Origin: Rothia sp. (in: high G+C Gram-positive bacteria)
Lineage (GTDB): Bacteria > Actinomycetota > Actinomycetes > Actinomycetales > Micrococcaceae
Direction: 5' to 3'
DNA: 64,000 nt
Assembly (NCBI GenBank): GCA_030530925.1
Contig: JAUMUA010000003.1
Coordinates: 17,366-81,365, forward strand
Positions within the stretch are counted from its first letter, which is position 1. Each line of letters opens with the position of its first letter. Below are positions 9,988-18,725 of the stretch, in pieces. Both the position numbers and the translations under genes were made by a program. The notes under the pieces are model-generated. The model was not told the DNA's origin and did not search any database. It saw only the letters and a list, made by a program, of their open reading frames with translations.

Positions 9988-11463
9988 CTAGTTCCACAGA
10001 CCAACCAGCATCAGCCAGGCAGTACCCACCACGCCCCAAATCAGAATGTTGATAACCGAAGCAATAAAGCTGGTCTTGAACCACTCGTTCGTGGGTACAT
10101 AACCCGAACCGAAAATCACTCCGGCAGGGCCCGATGCGTAGTGCGTCAAACCACCAATCAGATTGCCCGCAAAACCAAGCATGAGAGCCGCAAACATGGG
10201 AGGTGCTCCCGCAGCAATCGCAGCCGAAAGGAACACTGCATACATAGCAACTACCTGCGCGGTGTTAGAAGCAAAAAGGTAGTGAACGTAGAAGTACACC
10301 AAGAACAAAATGGCAAAAGCTAGCATCCACGGCATACCGCCCACCAAGTGACTGACAGAGTCGCCAATCCAGCCAATAACACCCAATTTGTTGAGGTGCT
10401 CAGCCATTGCCACCAACACTGAGAAGAAAATCAGGGTTGACCAGGCACCGGCATTTTTTGCCATATCGTTCCAAGTGAGCACCTTAGTGACCAAAAGAAT
10501 TGCTACGCCAAAGAATGCCGCCGAGGTGGCATTAATGTTCAGGGTTGAACCTAAAACCCACATTGCCAAAAGCAACACAAAAGTTATGAGCATAACCCAC
10601 TCACCACGAGACATTGGCCCAGACTCTTTGAGCTGCTGACGTGCTTGTTCAGGAGCGTCGGGGGTCGAGCGCAGAGTAGGCGAGTAAATCTTTTGCATGA
10701 GCCACGGCATCACAACCAACGAAACCAAGCCAGGCACCAGCGCACTAAGAGCCCAACCGCCCCAAGTAATGTTGACACCCTGTTTAGCAGCAAAGCCAAC
10801 AGCTAGCGGGTTGCCCGCCATCGCCGTCACGAACATAGCGGAAGTAATAGTGTTCACCTGAACCGCTGTAAGCGAAAGGTATGAGCCCAGACGCTTACGT
10901 GATTCATCGCTAGTAGGTTCTGAGTGATTCACCACCGCCAGGGACTTTACGATCGGATAGACCACACCACCCGCGCGAGCGGTATTCGAGGGGGTAGCCG
11001 GTGAGAGCACGAGGTCGGTCAACGCCATGCCATATGCCAAACCCAGCGAGGATTTACCCAACTTAGAAACGAACATCAGCGCGATACGACGCCCTAATCC
11101 GGTAATCAAAAAGCCATCAGCAATAAAAAATGCCGCAACAATCAGCCAAATTGTGGCGTTACCAAAACCGGTGAGCGCTTCATCTTTTGCGGCCATCGTG
11201 CCAGTCATCATTGCCGCCGCTAACCCAACCAACGCCACCGACGCCGTAGGTAGCGGTTGCAGAATCAGACCAAGAATGGTGCCGGCAAAGATACCTGCCA
11301 TGTGCATACCGCGCGGATCGATACCCTCGGGCACAGGCATGAAGTATAGAACCACAGTCACCAACACAATGGCGGCAACCTTAATAATCATCATCCGTTG
11401 CGCTTTATGGGAAGAACCGTCAGCTTTCTCAGGGGTGGCTGTCGGTGGAGTTGTTGAAGTCAT
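9988..11463 (-). CDS. DASS-family dicarboxylate transporter (2-oxoglutarate/malate translocator type)
   Basis: ATPSNTARAGG, TAMAGNP, YLFASNTA and THYASGP motifs. Confidence 0.9.
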   Translation of the reverse strand: MTSTTPPTATPEKADGSSHKAQRMMIIKVAAIVLVTVVLYFMPVPEGIDPRGMHMAGIFAGTILGLILQPLPTASVALVGLAAAMMTGTMAAKDEALTGFGNATIWLIVAAFFIADGFLITGLGRRIALMFVSKLGKSSLGLAYGMALTDLVLSPATPSNTARAGGVVYPIVKSLAVVNHSEPTSDESRKRLGSYLSLTAVQVNTITSAMFVTAMAGNPLAVGFAAKQGVNITWGGWALSALVPGLVSLVVMPWLMQKIYSPTLRSTPDAPEQARQQLKESGPMSRGEWVMLITFVLLLAMWVLGSTLNINATSAAFFGVAILLVTKVLTWNDMAKNAGAWSTLIFFSVLVAMAEHLNKLGVIGWIGDSVSHLVGGMPWMLAFAILFLVYFYVHYLFASNTAQVVAMYAVFLSAAIAAGAPPMFAALMLGFAGNLIGGLTHYASGPAGVIFGSGYVPTNEWFKTSFIASVINILIWGVVGTAWLMLVGLWN

Positions 11464-11583
11464 GACTTCTTTCTTCTTGCTTCTTGTACGTCACAGCGCA
11501 CAAGGTAGGGGTGTGTTATTTCGGTTGTTATCTTACGCTTGCGAATTGAGGTGAATCGGCAGTAATTCACGTGCGTTCAAGCA

Positions 11584-12336
11584 CTAGTCATCTTTGCCTT
11601 TGCGAAATACCGAACGAGCCCGTTCACGGTTGACGGCGGCAATAGCAGAAAGCGGGATACCCGCAGGGCAGGTCACCGCACATTCTCCAAAAACCGAACA
11701 AGGACCAAAGTTAGTTTCTACTTCAGTCACCACATTGCGAGCGCGTGATGATCGCGCTGCTTTGCCCTGAGGCAAAATTGAGAGATTCTGCAGAATCGAA
11801 CCAGCATAGAGATTTGCCGAACCGTTGGGGCAGGCGGCAATACACGCACCGCAACCAATACAGGCCGAGAAGTCCAGTGCCTTTTCGGCGCGGTTGTGCC
11901 CAATGCTCATAGAGTCCGCATCGGCGGCAGTGCCAGCGTCCACCGACACAAATCCGCCGGCACGAATGACGTCGTCTAAGGCGGTGCGATCAACTACCAA
12001 GTCACGCACTACCGGGAACGCCTTGGAACGGAAAGGCTCAAGGCGTAGCTTATCGCCGTCCTTAAAGGAACGCAGATGCTGGCGGCAGGAGGGCGTATTG
12101 GGCACTGGCCCGTGCGGTTGGTCATTGACGGTGATACCACAGGTGCCACAAATACCTTCGCGGCAGTCTGAATCATAGGCGATAGGTTCTCTGCCTTCTG
12201 TGACCAGCTGATCATTGAGGTAATCGATGAGTTCCAAAAGCGACATTTCTTCATACGCACCGGTAACGGTGTAAGTCTCAAATTTGCCCGGTGTAGCGTT
12301 GCTATCTTGGCGCCAGACTTCGATGGTGAGTTTCAC
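11584..12336 (-). CDS. sdhB: Succinate dehydrogenase/fumarate reductase iron-sulfur subunit
   Basis: DCREGICGTC, CIGCGACIAAC and CSVFGECAVTCP cysteine clusters. Confidence 0.93.
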   Translation of the reverse strand: MKLTIEVWRQDSNATPGKFETYTVTGAYEEMSLLELIDYLNDQLVTEGREPIAYDSDCREGICGTCGITVNDQPHGPVPNTPSCRQHLRSFKDGDKLRLEPFRSKAFPVVRDLVVDRTALDDVIRAGGFVSVDAGTAADADSMSIGHNRAEKALDFSACIGCGACIAACPNGSANLYAGSILQNLSILPQGKAARSSRARNVVTEVETNFGPCSVFGECAVTCPAGIPLSAIAAVNRERARSVFRKGKDD

Positions 12337-14273
12337 TTATAGTTCCTTGTTTCTAGTGCGATGTCTTTAAATTCCAACGGTTCTGCATGGCGGATATGGG
12401 CACCGTCTGCCCCTTCTTCCCACACGCTCACAAAACACCACTCTTGGTCGTTACGTCGTGCTTCACCCTCTTCGGTTTGATACTCCTCGCGGAAGTGCGC
12501 ACCGGCGGATTCTTTGCGATCTAGGGCATCCACGCACATCAGTTCTGCCATCTGTAGGTAATCTTCTAATCGACCAGCACGTTCAAGTTCTTGATTGAAA
12601 CTTGCCGAGTTACCGGGAATGAAAAGGTCTGTATAGAACTTTTCGCGCAGTGCCTGAATTTTCTCGATGGCGGCGGTGAGTTTAGCTTCATTACGGCTCA
12701 CCCCACAGCCTTCGTAGAGGATTTCACCCAGTTCTGCGTGGATATGTTCGGCAGGGGTTTTGCCTTGAATGTTCATGAGCCGTTGCACGCGTTCGGTGAC
12801 CTCTGCCAGGGTATTTTGCACTGCCGGATCGGTAGCATCAAGCAGTGGTTGCCCCAGATGATTTGCTAGATAGTTCGGCACCGAATAGGGCAGAGTAAAC
12901 CAGCCATCCACACAGGCTGAAAGGAGCGAGTTCGCGCCCAAACGGTTTGCCCCGTGGTACGCCCATCCTGCTTCGCCACCCACAAATAAACCGGGAATAT
13001 TGGTCATTTGGTCGTAGTCACTCCACAACCCACCCATAGCAAAGTGTGCACCGGGGGCAATACGCATGGGCACCTCGTGCGGATCTTCACCGGTGGCATC
13101 GGTGTACATCTCAAAAAGGTTGCCATAACGCTCGTCCAGCACTTTTACGCCTAAACGTTCTTTGGCATCGCGAAAATCTAGATACACCGAGTTTTTCAAC
13201 GGCCCTACGCCATGCCCGGATTCAATCTGTTCACGGGCAGCGCGGGAGGCAATATCGCGTGGGGTTAGATTTGCATAAGCGGGGTATTTACGTTCAAGGT
13301 AGTAATCGCGCTCGTCCTCGGGAATGTCATTGGCGGCGCGTTCGTCCCCTGCCTTTTTGGGTACCCAAATACGGCCGTCATTACGCAATGACTCAGACAT
13401 CAGCGTGGTTTTTGACTGCCACTTATGGCTCAAAGGCAAAGCGGTGGGATGAAATTGAATATAGGAGGGTGAAGCAAAGTAAGCACCGCGTCGCACTGCC
13501 CGCCAGGCGGCGGTTACGTTGGAGTTCTTTGCCAAGGTGGATTTATGAAAGACGTTGCCATACCCGCCGGTTGCTAGCACTACCGCGTGAGCAGTTTCTG
13601 CGCGCACCTCACCGGTTTTCAGGTTACGGGTCACTATGCCGGCCGCGGCACCGTTCTTAATAATGAGATCCAGCATTTCTTCATGGGTATGCAGAGTCAC
13701 TGTGCCTGCCGCCACTTGCCGTTGCAAAGAACGTGAGGCGGAGACCTGTAGCTGTTGCCCGGTCTGACCGCGCGTGTAATAGGTGCGAGATACCTGCACA
13801 CCGCCAAAAGAGCGGGTAGTGAGCTGACCGCCATATTCGCGAGCAAAGGGTGCCCCGATGGCGTTCATATGGTCTATCACGCGCACCGATTCTTCAGCAA
13901 GCCGGAACACATCGGCCTCACGGCCTCTAAAGTCGCCACCCTTGACGGTGTCTTTAACAAAGCGGTGAATCGAATCATTATCGACCTTGCGCGCACGTGC
14001 GGCATTGATACCACCCTGTGCTGCAACGGAGTGTGCGCGGCGTGCGGCGTCATGAATAGTGTACGAAGAGACGTTATACCCCAGCTCTCCCAGCGCGGCG
14101 GCGCACCCTGCCCCGGCAAGACCGGTACCGACCACAATCACCTTAAATTTGCGGCGATTCAGCGGGGATACGAGCTTGTACTCGTCACGACGTCGCGCCC
14201 AGGCTGTTGCTGGTTCTCCTGCGGGAACTCGACCATCAACCGGCTCCGCATAGAAAATATTTGTGGGTGTCAT
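12333..14273 (-). CDS. sdhA: Succinate dehydrogenase/fumarate reductase flavoprotein subunit
   Basis: GTGLAG, RAHSVAAQGG (FAD-His), QFHPT and HGANRLGANSL motifs. Confidence 0.95.
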   Translation of the reverse strand: MTPTNIFYAEPVDGRVPAGEPATAWARRRDEYKLVSPLNRRKFKVIVVGTGLAGAGCAAALGELGYNVSSYTIHDAARRAHSVAAQGGINAARARKVDNDSIHRFVKDTVKGGDFRGREADVFRLAEESVRVIDHMNAIGAPFAREYGGQLTTRSFGGVQVSRTYYTRGQTGQQLQVSASRSLQRQVAAGTVTLHTHEEMLDLIIKNGAAAGIVTRNLKTGEVRAETAHAVVLATGGYGNVFHKSTLAKNSNVTAAWRAVRRGAYFASPSYIQFHPTALPLSHKWQSKTTLMSESLRNDGRIWVPKKAGDERAANDIPEDERDYYLERKYPAYANLTPRDIASRAAREQIESGHGVGPLKNSVYLDFRDAKERLGVKVLDERYGNLFEMYTDATGEDPHEVPMRIAPGAHFAMGGLWSDYDQMTNIPGLFVGGEAGWAYHGANRLGANSLLSACVDGWFTLPYSVPNYLANHLGQPLLDATDPAVQNTLAEVTERVQRLMNIQGKTPAEHIHAELGEILYEGCGVSRNEAKLTAAIEKIQALREKFYTDLFIPGNSASFNQELERAGRLEDYLQMAELMCVDALDRKESAGAHFREEYQTEEGEARRNDQEWCFVSVWEEGADGAHIRHAEPLEFKDIALETRNYK

Positions 14274-14287
14274 GATGTGCGCCCTTT

Positions 14288-15019
14288 CTACTTCACGATG
14301 CCGCAGAGCACGGCAAGAGGAATGGTGATGTTGCCCAGCATGACAACCAATGCATAGATACCTGCAATCAAAACGATCCAGGAACGAGCTTTCTCGCTCA
14401 CGGTGAGGCCAAAGTCATAGACCGCCGCCCACAGACCATGGGCCAGATGTAGGAACAAAATAATCATGGCGAGCAGGTAAACTGCCGCAGCGAACGGGCG
14501 CTGAAAACTTGCCACCAGGTTTTGGTAAGCAAAACTGCCCGATTCTGAACCGTGTTGAAAACTTTGTGAAGCAACACCTACACCTGCGGTGAGGTCGAGT
14601 AGGTGAAAGATTATAAAGAGCAAGAGCACGATGCCAGTAACGGGCATGGTACGAGTAGTGAAGGATTTAAAACCACTCAGGCCACGGCGCTTATACTGAC
14701 CACGTGCTCTCTTAGCGCGAGAGCTCAATAGCACCGCACATCCCACGTGCCCTATGAGGCACAGCAAGAGCACCGTGCGAAAAACCCAGAGAAAACCCTC
14801 ATAGGGAAAGAGCGGTTCAAAGAGGGTGCGCAAGAATAGTGCGTAAGCGTTGAAGTGTTCGGCGCCGGTATAGACTTTCAGGTTGCCGTACATATGTACC
14901 AGCACAAAGAGGGCAAAAATGATGCCGGTGACTGCCATGATGTATTTGGCTAGAACATTAGAAATCACCGGTGTTTTTGTGGTGCCAGTGGCGGGACGGT
15001 CTGAAGCTGAACTAGCCAT
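14288..15019 (-). CDS. sdhC: Succinate dehydrogenase cytochrome b subunit
   Basis: MAVTG..HMYGNL, FHLLD and LHLAHG heme ligands; likely ATG at 15019. Confidence 0.9.
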   Translation of the reverse strand: MASSASDRPATGTTKTPVISNVLAKYIMAVTGIIFALFVLVHMYGNLKVYTGAEHFNAYALFLRTLFEPLFPYEGFLWVFRTVLLLCLIGHVGCAVLLSSRAKRARGQYKRRGLSGFKSFTTRTMPVTGIVLLLFIIFHLLDLTAGVGVASQSFQHGSESGSFAYQNLVASFQRPFAAAVYLLAMIILFLHLAHGLWAAVYDFGLTVSEKARSWIVLIAGIYALVVMLGNITIPLAVLCGIVK

Positions 15020-15270
15020 CGTTATTCCTTGGGTGATAGCGCCGAAAACCGCTTGCAGTTGTCGGCTTCTTAGCTTCAGTTTTTCACCTTTGTAACGTAA
15101 TTCTGGGGGCACACGCATGGTAAAGCGTTTATGTTCTTTTCTTACGTTTTGTCGGTTTTTACCCTAACCAAGCACACTTTAGCGCGTTGGATAATGATAC
15201 TTAGTCAGCACTTGCTAACTGCCCGCTTTACGTACACTTGCTAGCGGTTCGCGCAATAAGTCGCTTTACT

Positions 15271-16098
15271 ATGAACATGACTTCACGGCCTCAGTTTCAT
15301 AACGCACACGTAGCTGTACCCTCCCCCGCGTTGGTGCGCAAAGCAGATCTTCTCACCTCGGTTTCGCATGACGCTCACGCTGACTTCAACCCGCACGATC
15401 ACGAGCCGCACAACAACAGCGCGTACCAAGAAAAACTCAACCGCCTGCGCGCTTCGGTATTGGGTGCGAACGACGGCATTGTTTCGGTTGCAGCTACCGT
15501 GGTGGGCGTGGCTGGTGCAACGACCTCCACACCGGCAATTGCTATTGCTGCAACCGCCGCCGTGGTGGGTGGCGCAATTTCCATGGCTCTTGGCGAGTAC
15601 GTATCTGTTTCTTCACAGGTGGATAGTCAGCAGGCATTGATTGCCAAAGAAAAGTTAGAACTAGAGCAAGAACCCGCTCAAGAGCTCGACGAGCTCACCG
15701 CTATTTTGATGCAACGCGGGCTCTCCGAACGTACGGCACGAGCAGCAGCCACCGAGCTCACTGCCGAGGACGCGTTGCACGCCCACCTCGATTTTGAGTT
15801 GGGGATTGATGCCGATGATGTCCCCTCCCCGTGGACTGCCGCCTTCTCATCGGCAATAGCTTTCTTTTTGGGCTCGATGCTCCCCACTTTGTTGATTCTG
15901 TTGTTGCCCGCAGGAATTCGTGTTCCGACAACGTTTGTGGGGGTGCTATTGGCGCTAGCAATTACCGGAACTCTGGGCGCCAAGTGGGGTGGCTCCCCCA
16001 AGTATGGACGCGCGGCGCTTCGCGTGGTGGTGGGCGGTGCGCTTGCCTTGGCGGTTACCTACGGTATTGGTTTGTTGCTGGGCGTTTCAGTGGCATAA
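15271..16098 (+). CDS. VIT1/CCC1 family Fe/Mn transporter
   Basis: LRASVLGANDGIVS and SMALGEYVSV motifs; start approximate. Confidence 0.9.
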   Translation: MNMTSRPQFHNAHVAVPSPALVRKADLLTSVSHDAHADFNPHDHEPHNNSAYQEKLNRLRASVLGANDGIVSVAATVVGVAGATTSTPAIAIAATAAVVGGAISMALGEYVSVSSQVDSQQALIAKEKLELEQEPAQELDELTAILMQRGLSERTARAAATELTAEDALHAHLDFELGIDADDVPSPWTAAFSSAIAFFLGSMLPTLLILLLPAGIRVPTTFVGVLLALAITGTLGAKWGGSPKYGRAALRVVVGGALALAVTYGIGLLLGVSVA

Positions 16099-16139
16099 AA
16101 ATATTGTGGCAATGAAGAACTGCTGTGTTGATGAATAAA

Positions 16140-16176
16140 GAAGACCCCTCCCGGATTATTCCAGCAGGGGTCTTCT
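16140..16176. terminator. Hairpin between convergent genes
   Basis: GAAGACCCCT...AGGGGTCTTC inverted repeat. Confidence 0.55.
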
Positions 16177-16200
16177 CAACTTACTTATAGAATAACTGAA

Positions 16201-17508
16201 CTAGATCGCTTGGTGGGATGCCACGTTGCGATCCAGAGCGTTGCGATGCGTCAGACCAACATAAATCCAGAGCAACACCGTGCAGAACAGGGAAATAATC
16301 GGTAATGCCGATGCCAACAGCGGCACCGTCGTAATGTAATCGAGGTTCTCAGTAGAACCGTAGAGTGCAATACCAATCCACATGGGTGAGATAAAGAGCC
16401 CGGCAATACCCATCCATGCTAGTGCCCGAGCTACCTTACGCACCGCAGCGGAGGCGTGGGCGAAGAACACGGGAAAAGCGTCAACCCACAGCGCTGCCGC
16501 AATAAAGGGCAACCAAATGTTGTGGTGCGACCAGCTAATGGGGCTAATTGAAAGCATCAAGAAAGCATTGAGAGCAACCTGCGAAATCCACATTTTGCGT
16601 TTTTCGAGCACGGGAATCATCAACGCCACCCCTGCCATGAGCAACAAGATGAGCGCGTAATGCAATACTTTGAGGCCAGTTCCCACAAACCCAAGGTGCA
16701 TGAGCCAGCCCTGAATCGAGATGTTATCGAGGTAGTTGATGTTACCCACGCGGGAAGGATCAGATACTGCAGAAGTCCAGAACTCCACAGACTCTGCAGG
16801 CAACAGAGCAAACCCAATACCAACAGTTGCCAAAAATGAAAGGCCGAGGGTAATAACTCCCTTGATGTCTTTACGCATGAGCAAAATCAGGCCAAAGGCT
16901 AGCGGGGTGAGTTTGATACCGCCAGCAATACCAATAAAAAGACCGCGGGGTACTCGGGTTGCGGGGCGCACCAAATCCCACACCACGAGCAACATAATCA
17001 GCGGGTTCACCTGAACCAAACCAAGACCACGACGCCACGGACCCGAAACCAAAATAAGAATTGTCAGCGCGGCAATAGTGCCGGTGCGTCCTAGTCGATT
17101 CTGGAACGGGATTTCACGGCCACGGTTATTCGCGTAGTTGTAAATCAACGTGGCTGCCCACCACGCCACGGCGTAGGCAAGTAGCATCATCAACACAATG
17201 CCTGCCCACTTGGGCAAGAAAGCAAAAGGCACAAACAAAAGCGCCGCAAAAGTGGGGTATGTGAAGGGCAGTGAGAAGTTAGGACCCAATCGCATCAGAT
17301 CGATAACGTACAGGTCTTTAGTGAAGCCCTCGTTGTTAAAGACCGTCATGGCACCACTGCGGTACACGGTGAAATCTAACCCACCAATAGTGAGTGAGTA
17401 CCAGAGGTTTCCCGCACACACTAGAGCAAGAATCACAAAAACAACGGTGGTCAGAGCTCGATTCGGCGAGTGTTCGCTTGCCGGGCGAGTTGAAGAAACA
17501 GTATTCAC
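16201..17508 (-). CDS. GT87 family alpha-mannosyltransferase
   Basis: DFTVYR, PFTYPTFAALLF, GIKLTP and SPISWSHH motifs. Confidence 0.88.
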   Translation of the reverse strand: MNTVSSTRPASEHSPNRALTTVVFVILALVCAGNLWYSLTIGGLDFTVYRSGAMTVFNNEGFTKDLYVIDLMRLGPNFSLPFTYPTFAALLFVPFAFLPKWAGIVLMMLLAYAVAWWAATLIYNYANNRGREIPFQNRLGRTGTIAALTILILVSGPWRRGLGLVQVNPLIMLLVVWDLVRPATRVPRGLFIGIAGGIKLTPLAFGLILLMRKDIKGVITLGLSFLATVGIGFALLPAESVEFWTSAVSDPSRVGNINYLDNISIQGWLMHLGFVGTGLKVLHYALILLLMAGVALMIPVLEKRKMWISQVALNAFLMLSISPISWSHHNIWLPFIAAALWVDAFPVFFAHASAAVRKVARALAWMGIAGLFISPMWIGIALYGSTENLDYITTVPLLASALPIISLFCTVLLWIYVGLTHRNALDRNVASHQAI

Positions 17509-17541
17509 GAAGGCTCCAGAATGTGCGTGATAAAGAAGTTA

Positions 17542-17985
17542 TTAATCTTTGGGCTGGGGATTTTTAGCGGTTGCTACCAAATTGGTGCCTCGCTTGCGTC
17601 GTTGCTGACGCGTTGAGACTTTACGTTCTTTCTTTTCCTTCTTGGGCAAAGCGGCAATAACCAAAGCCAACTCCACAATCAGAATCAAGAACGAAGAATA
17701 ATAAACGTACACCGAGGGGTAGAGGTACCAGATAGTGGCAATGACGCCGGCGATTGTAACCAACAAGCTGATGACCGAAAGACCCAAAATCAGCAGGTGG
17801 GGACCACGAAAACGCTGAGTAGCCTCAGAATTACGCCACGATAAATAAATCACCATGAGCGCAAAAAGAATAGGGAAAAATACCTGCCCAGAAATCACCA
17901 TGGCGTTGTTGGTGTACTGAAACATTCCAAACGCCTGAGTGATCATTGAGGCTACAAGTAAAAGAGATGCTGGCAAAGATTTCAC
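17542..17985 (-). CDS. Hypothetical membrane protein
   Basis: Four hydrophobic segments and a basic tail; co-oriented with neighbours. Confidence 0.6.
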   Translation of the reverse strand: MKSLPASLLLVASMITQAFGMFQYTNNAMVISGQVFFPILFALMVIYLSWRNSEATQRFRGPHLLILGLSVISLLVTIAGVIATIWYLYPSVYVYYSSFLILIVELALVIAALPKKEKKERKVSTRQQRRKRGTNLVATAKNPQPKD

Positions 17986-18069
17986 GGTGGCTAGTCTACC
18001 GGTTGATGCTGATACCTTGCTGAGGTGCGGTTATGGGCTACGGCACGCGAGCGCGGCACGGGCGTGGAG

Positions 18070-18570
18070 CTAGGCAGTTATAAAATAGACGAATGCGGCA
18101 AGGGTAAATACGGTTCCGGCGCTCAAGCCACAGGCGAATTCCACCACGATACCAAGACCCATAGACTTAAGCGCTTGCAGGGTTGCCGGTACGGCGGCAC
18201 CAAAGTTGCGGCGACGGTACGATTCGCTGAGGTATAACCCCCCTGCAAAACCTACGAACAAACCCACTACAGGAATCACGAACATTCCAATCACAGCACC
18301 CACCGCACCCCATAGGGTGGAGGAGTTGGGAATTTTTTCGCGTTTGAGCGTGCGCCCAGTGAGCAGGAACTGTGCGAGCATGCCTACAATAACCAGCGCG
18401 CCGCCGAGTCCCAGCGCCCACCAGCCTTCGGCGCTGTGCACGGTGAATGCCCACAGCACAATGCCGGTAAGAATCGCGAGGGAACCGGGCAGAACGGGGT
18501 AGATAATGCCCACGCAGCCCACGCCGATGAGCAGGGCTGAGATGAGGGTGATGATGATGTCTAATGCCAT
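18070..18570 (-). CDS. DUF456 family membrane protein
   Basis: GIIYPVLPG and FVIPVVGLFVGF..GLYLSE pattern; ATG 18570 with GAAGG RBS. Confidence 0.8.
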   Translation of the reverse strand: MALDIIITLISALLIGVGCVGIIYPVLPGSLAILTGIVLWAFTVHSAEGWWALGLGGALVIVGMLAQFLLTGRTLKREKIPNSSTLWGAVGAVIGMFVIPVVGLFVGFAGGLYLSESYRRRNFGAAVPATLQALKSMGLGIVVEFACGLSAGTVFTLAAFVYFITA

Positions 18571-18725
18571 ACCTTCATAGTAATGGGCAGGGTAGGTGAA
18601 GACACGCCGGGTTTTGGTGCGTTGCAGTCTTGTTGTGGCAGGTAGCTCTGATGCATAGCGCGGGCGCCCCACCTATAATTGCATTGACGATACCAAATTT
18701 ATGAGAGTCGATTGCTAGGCATACC

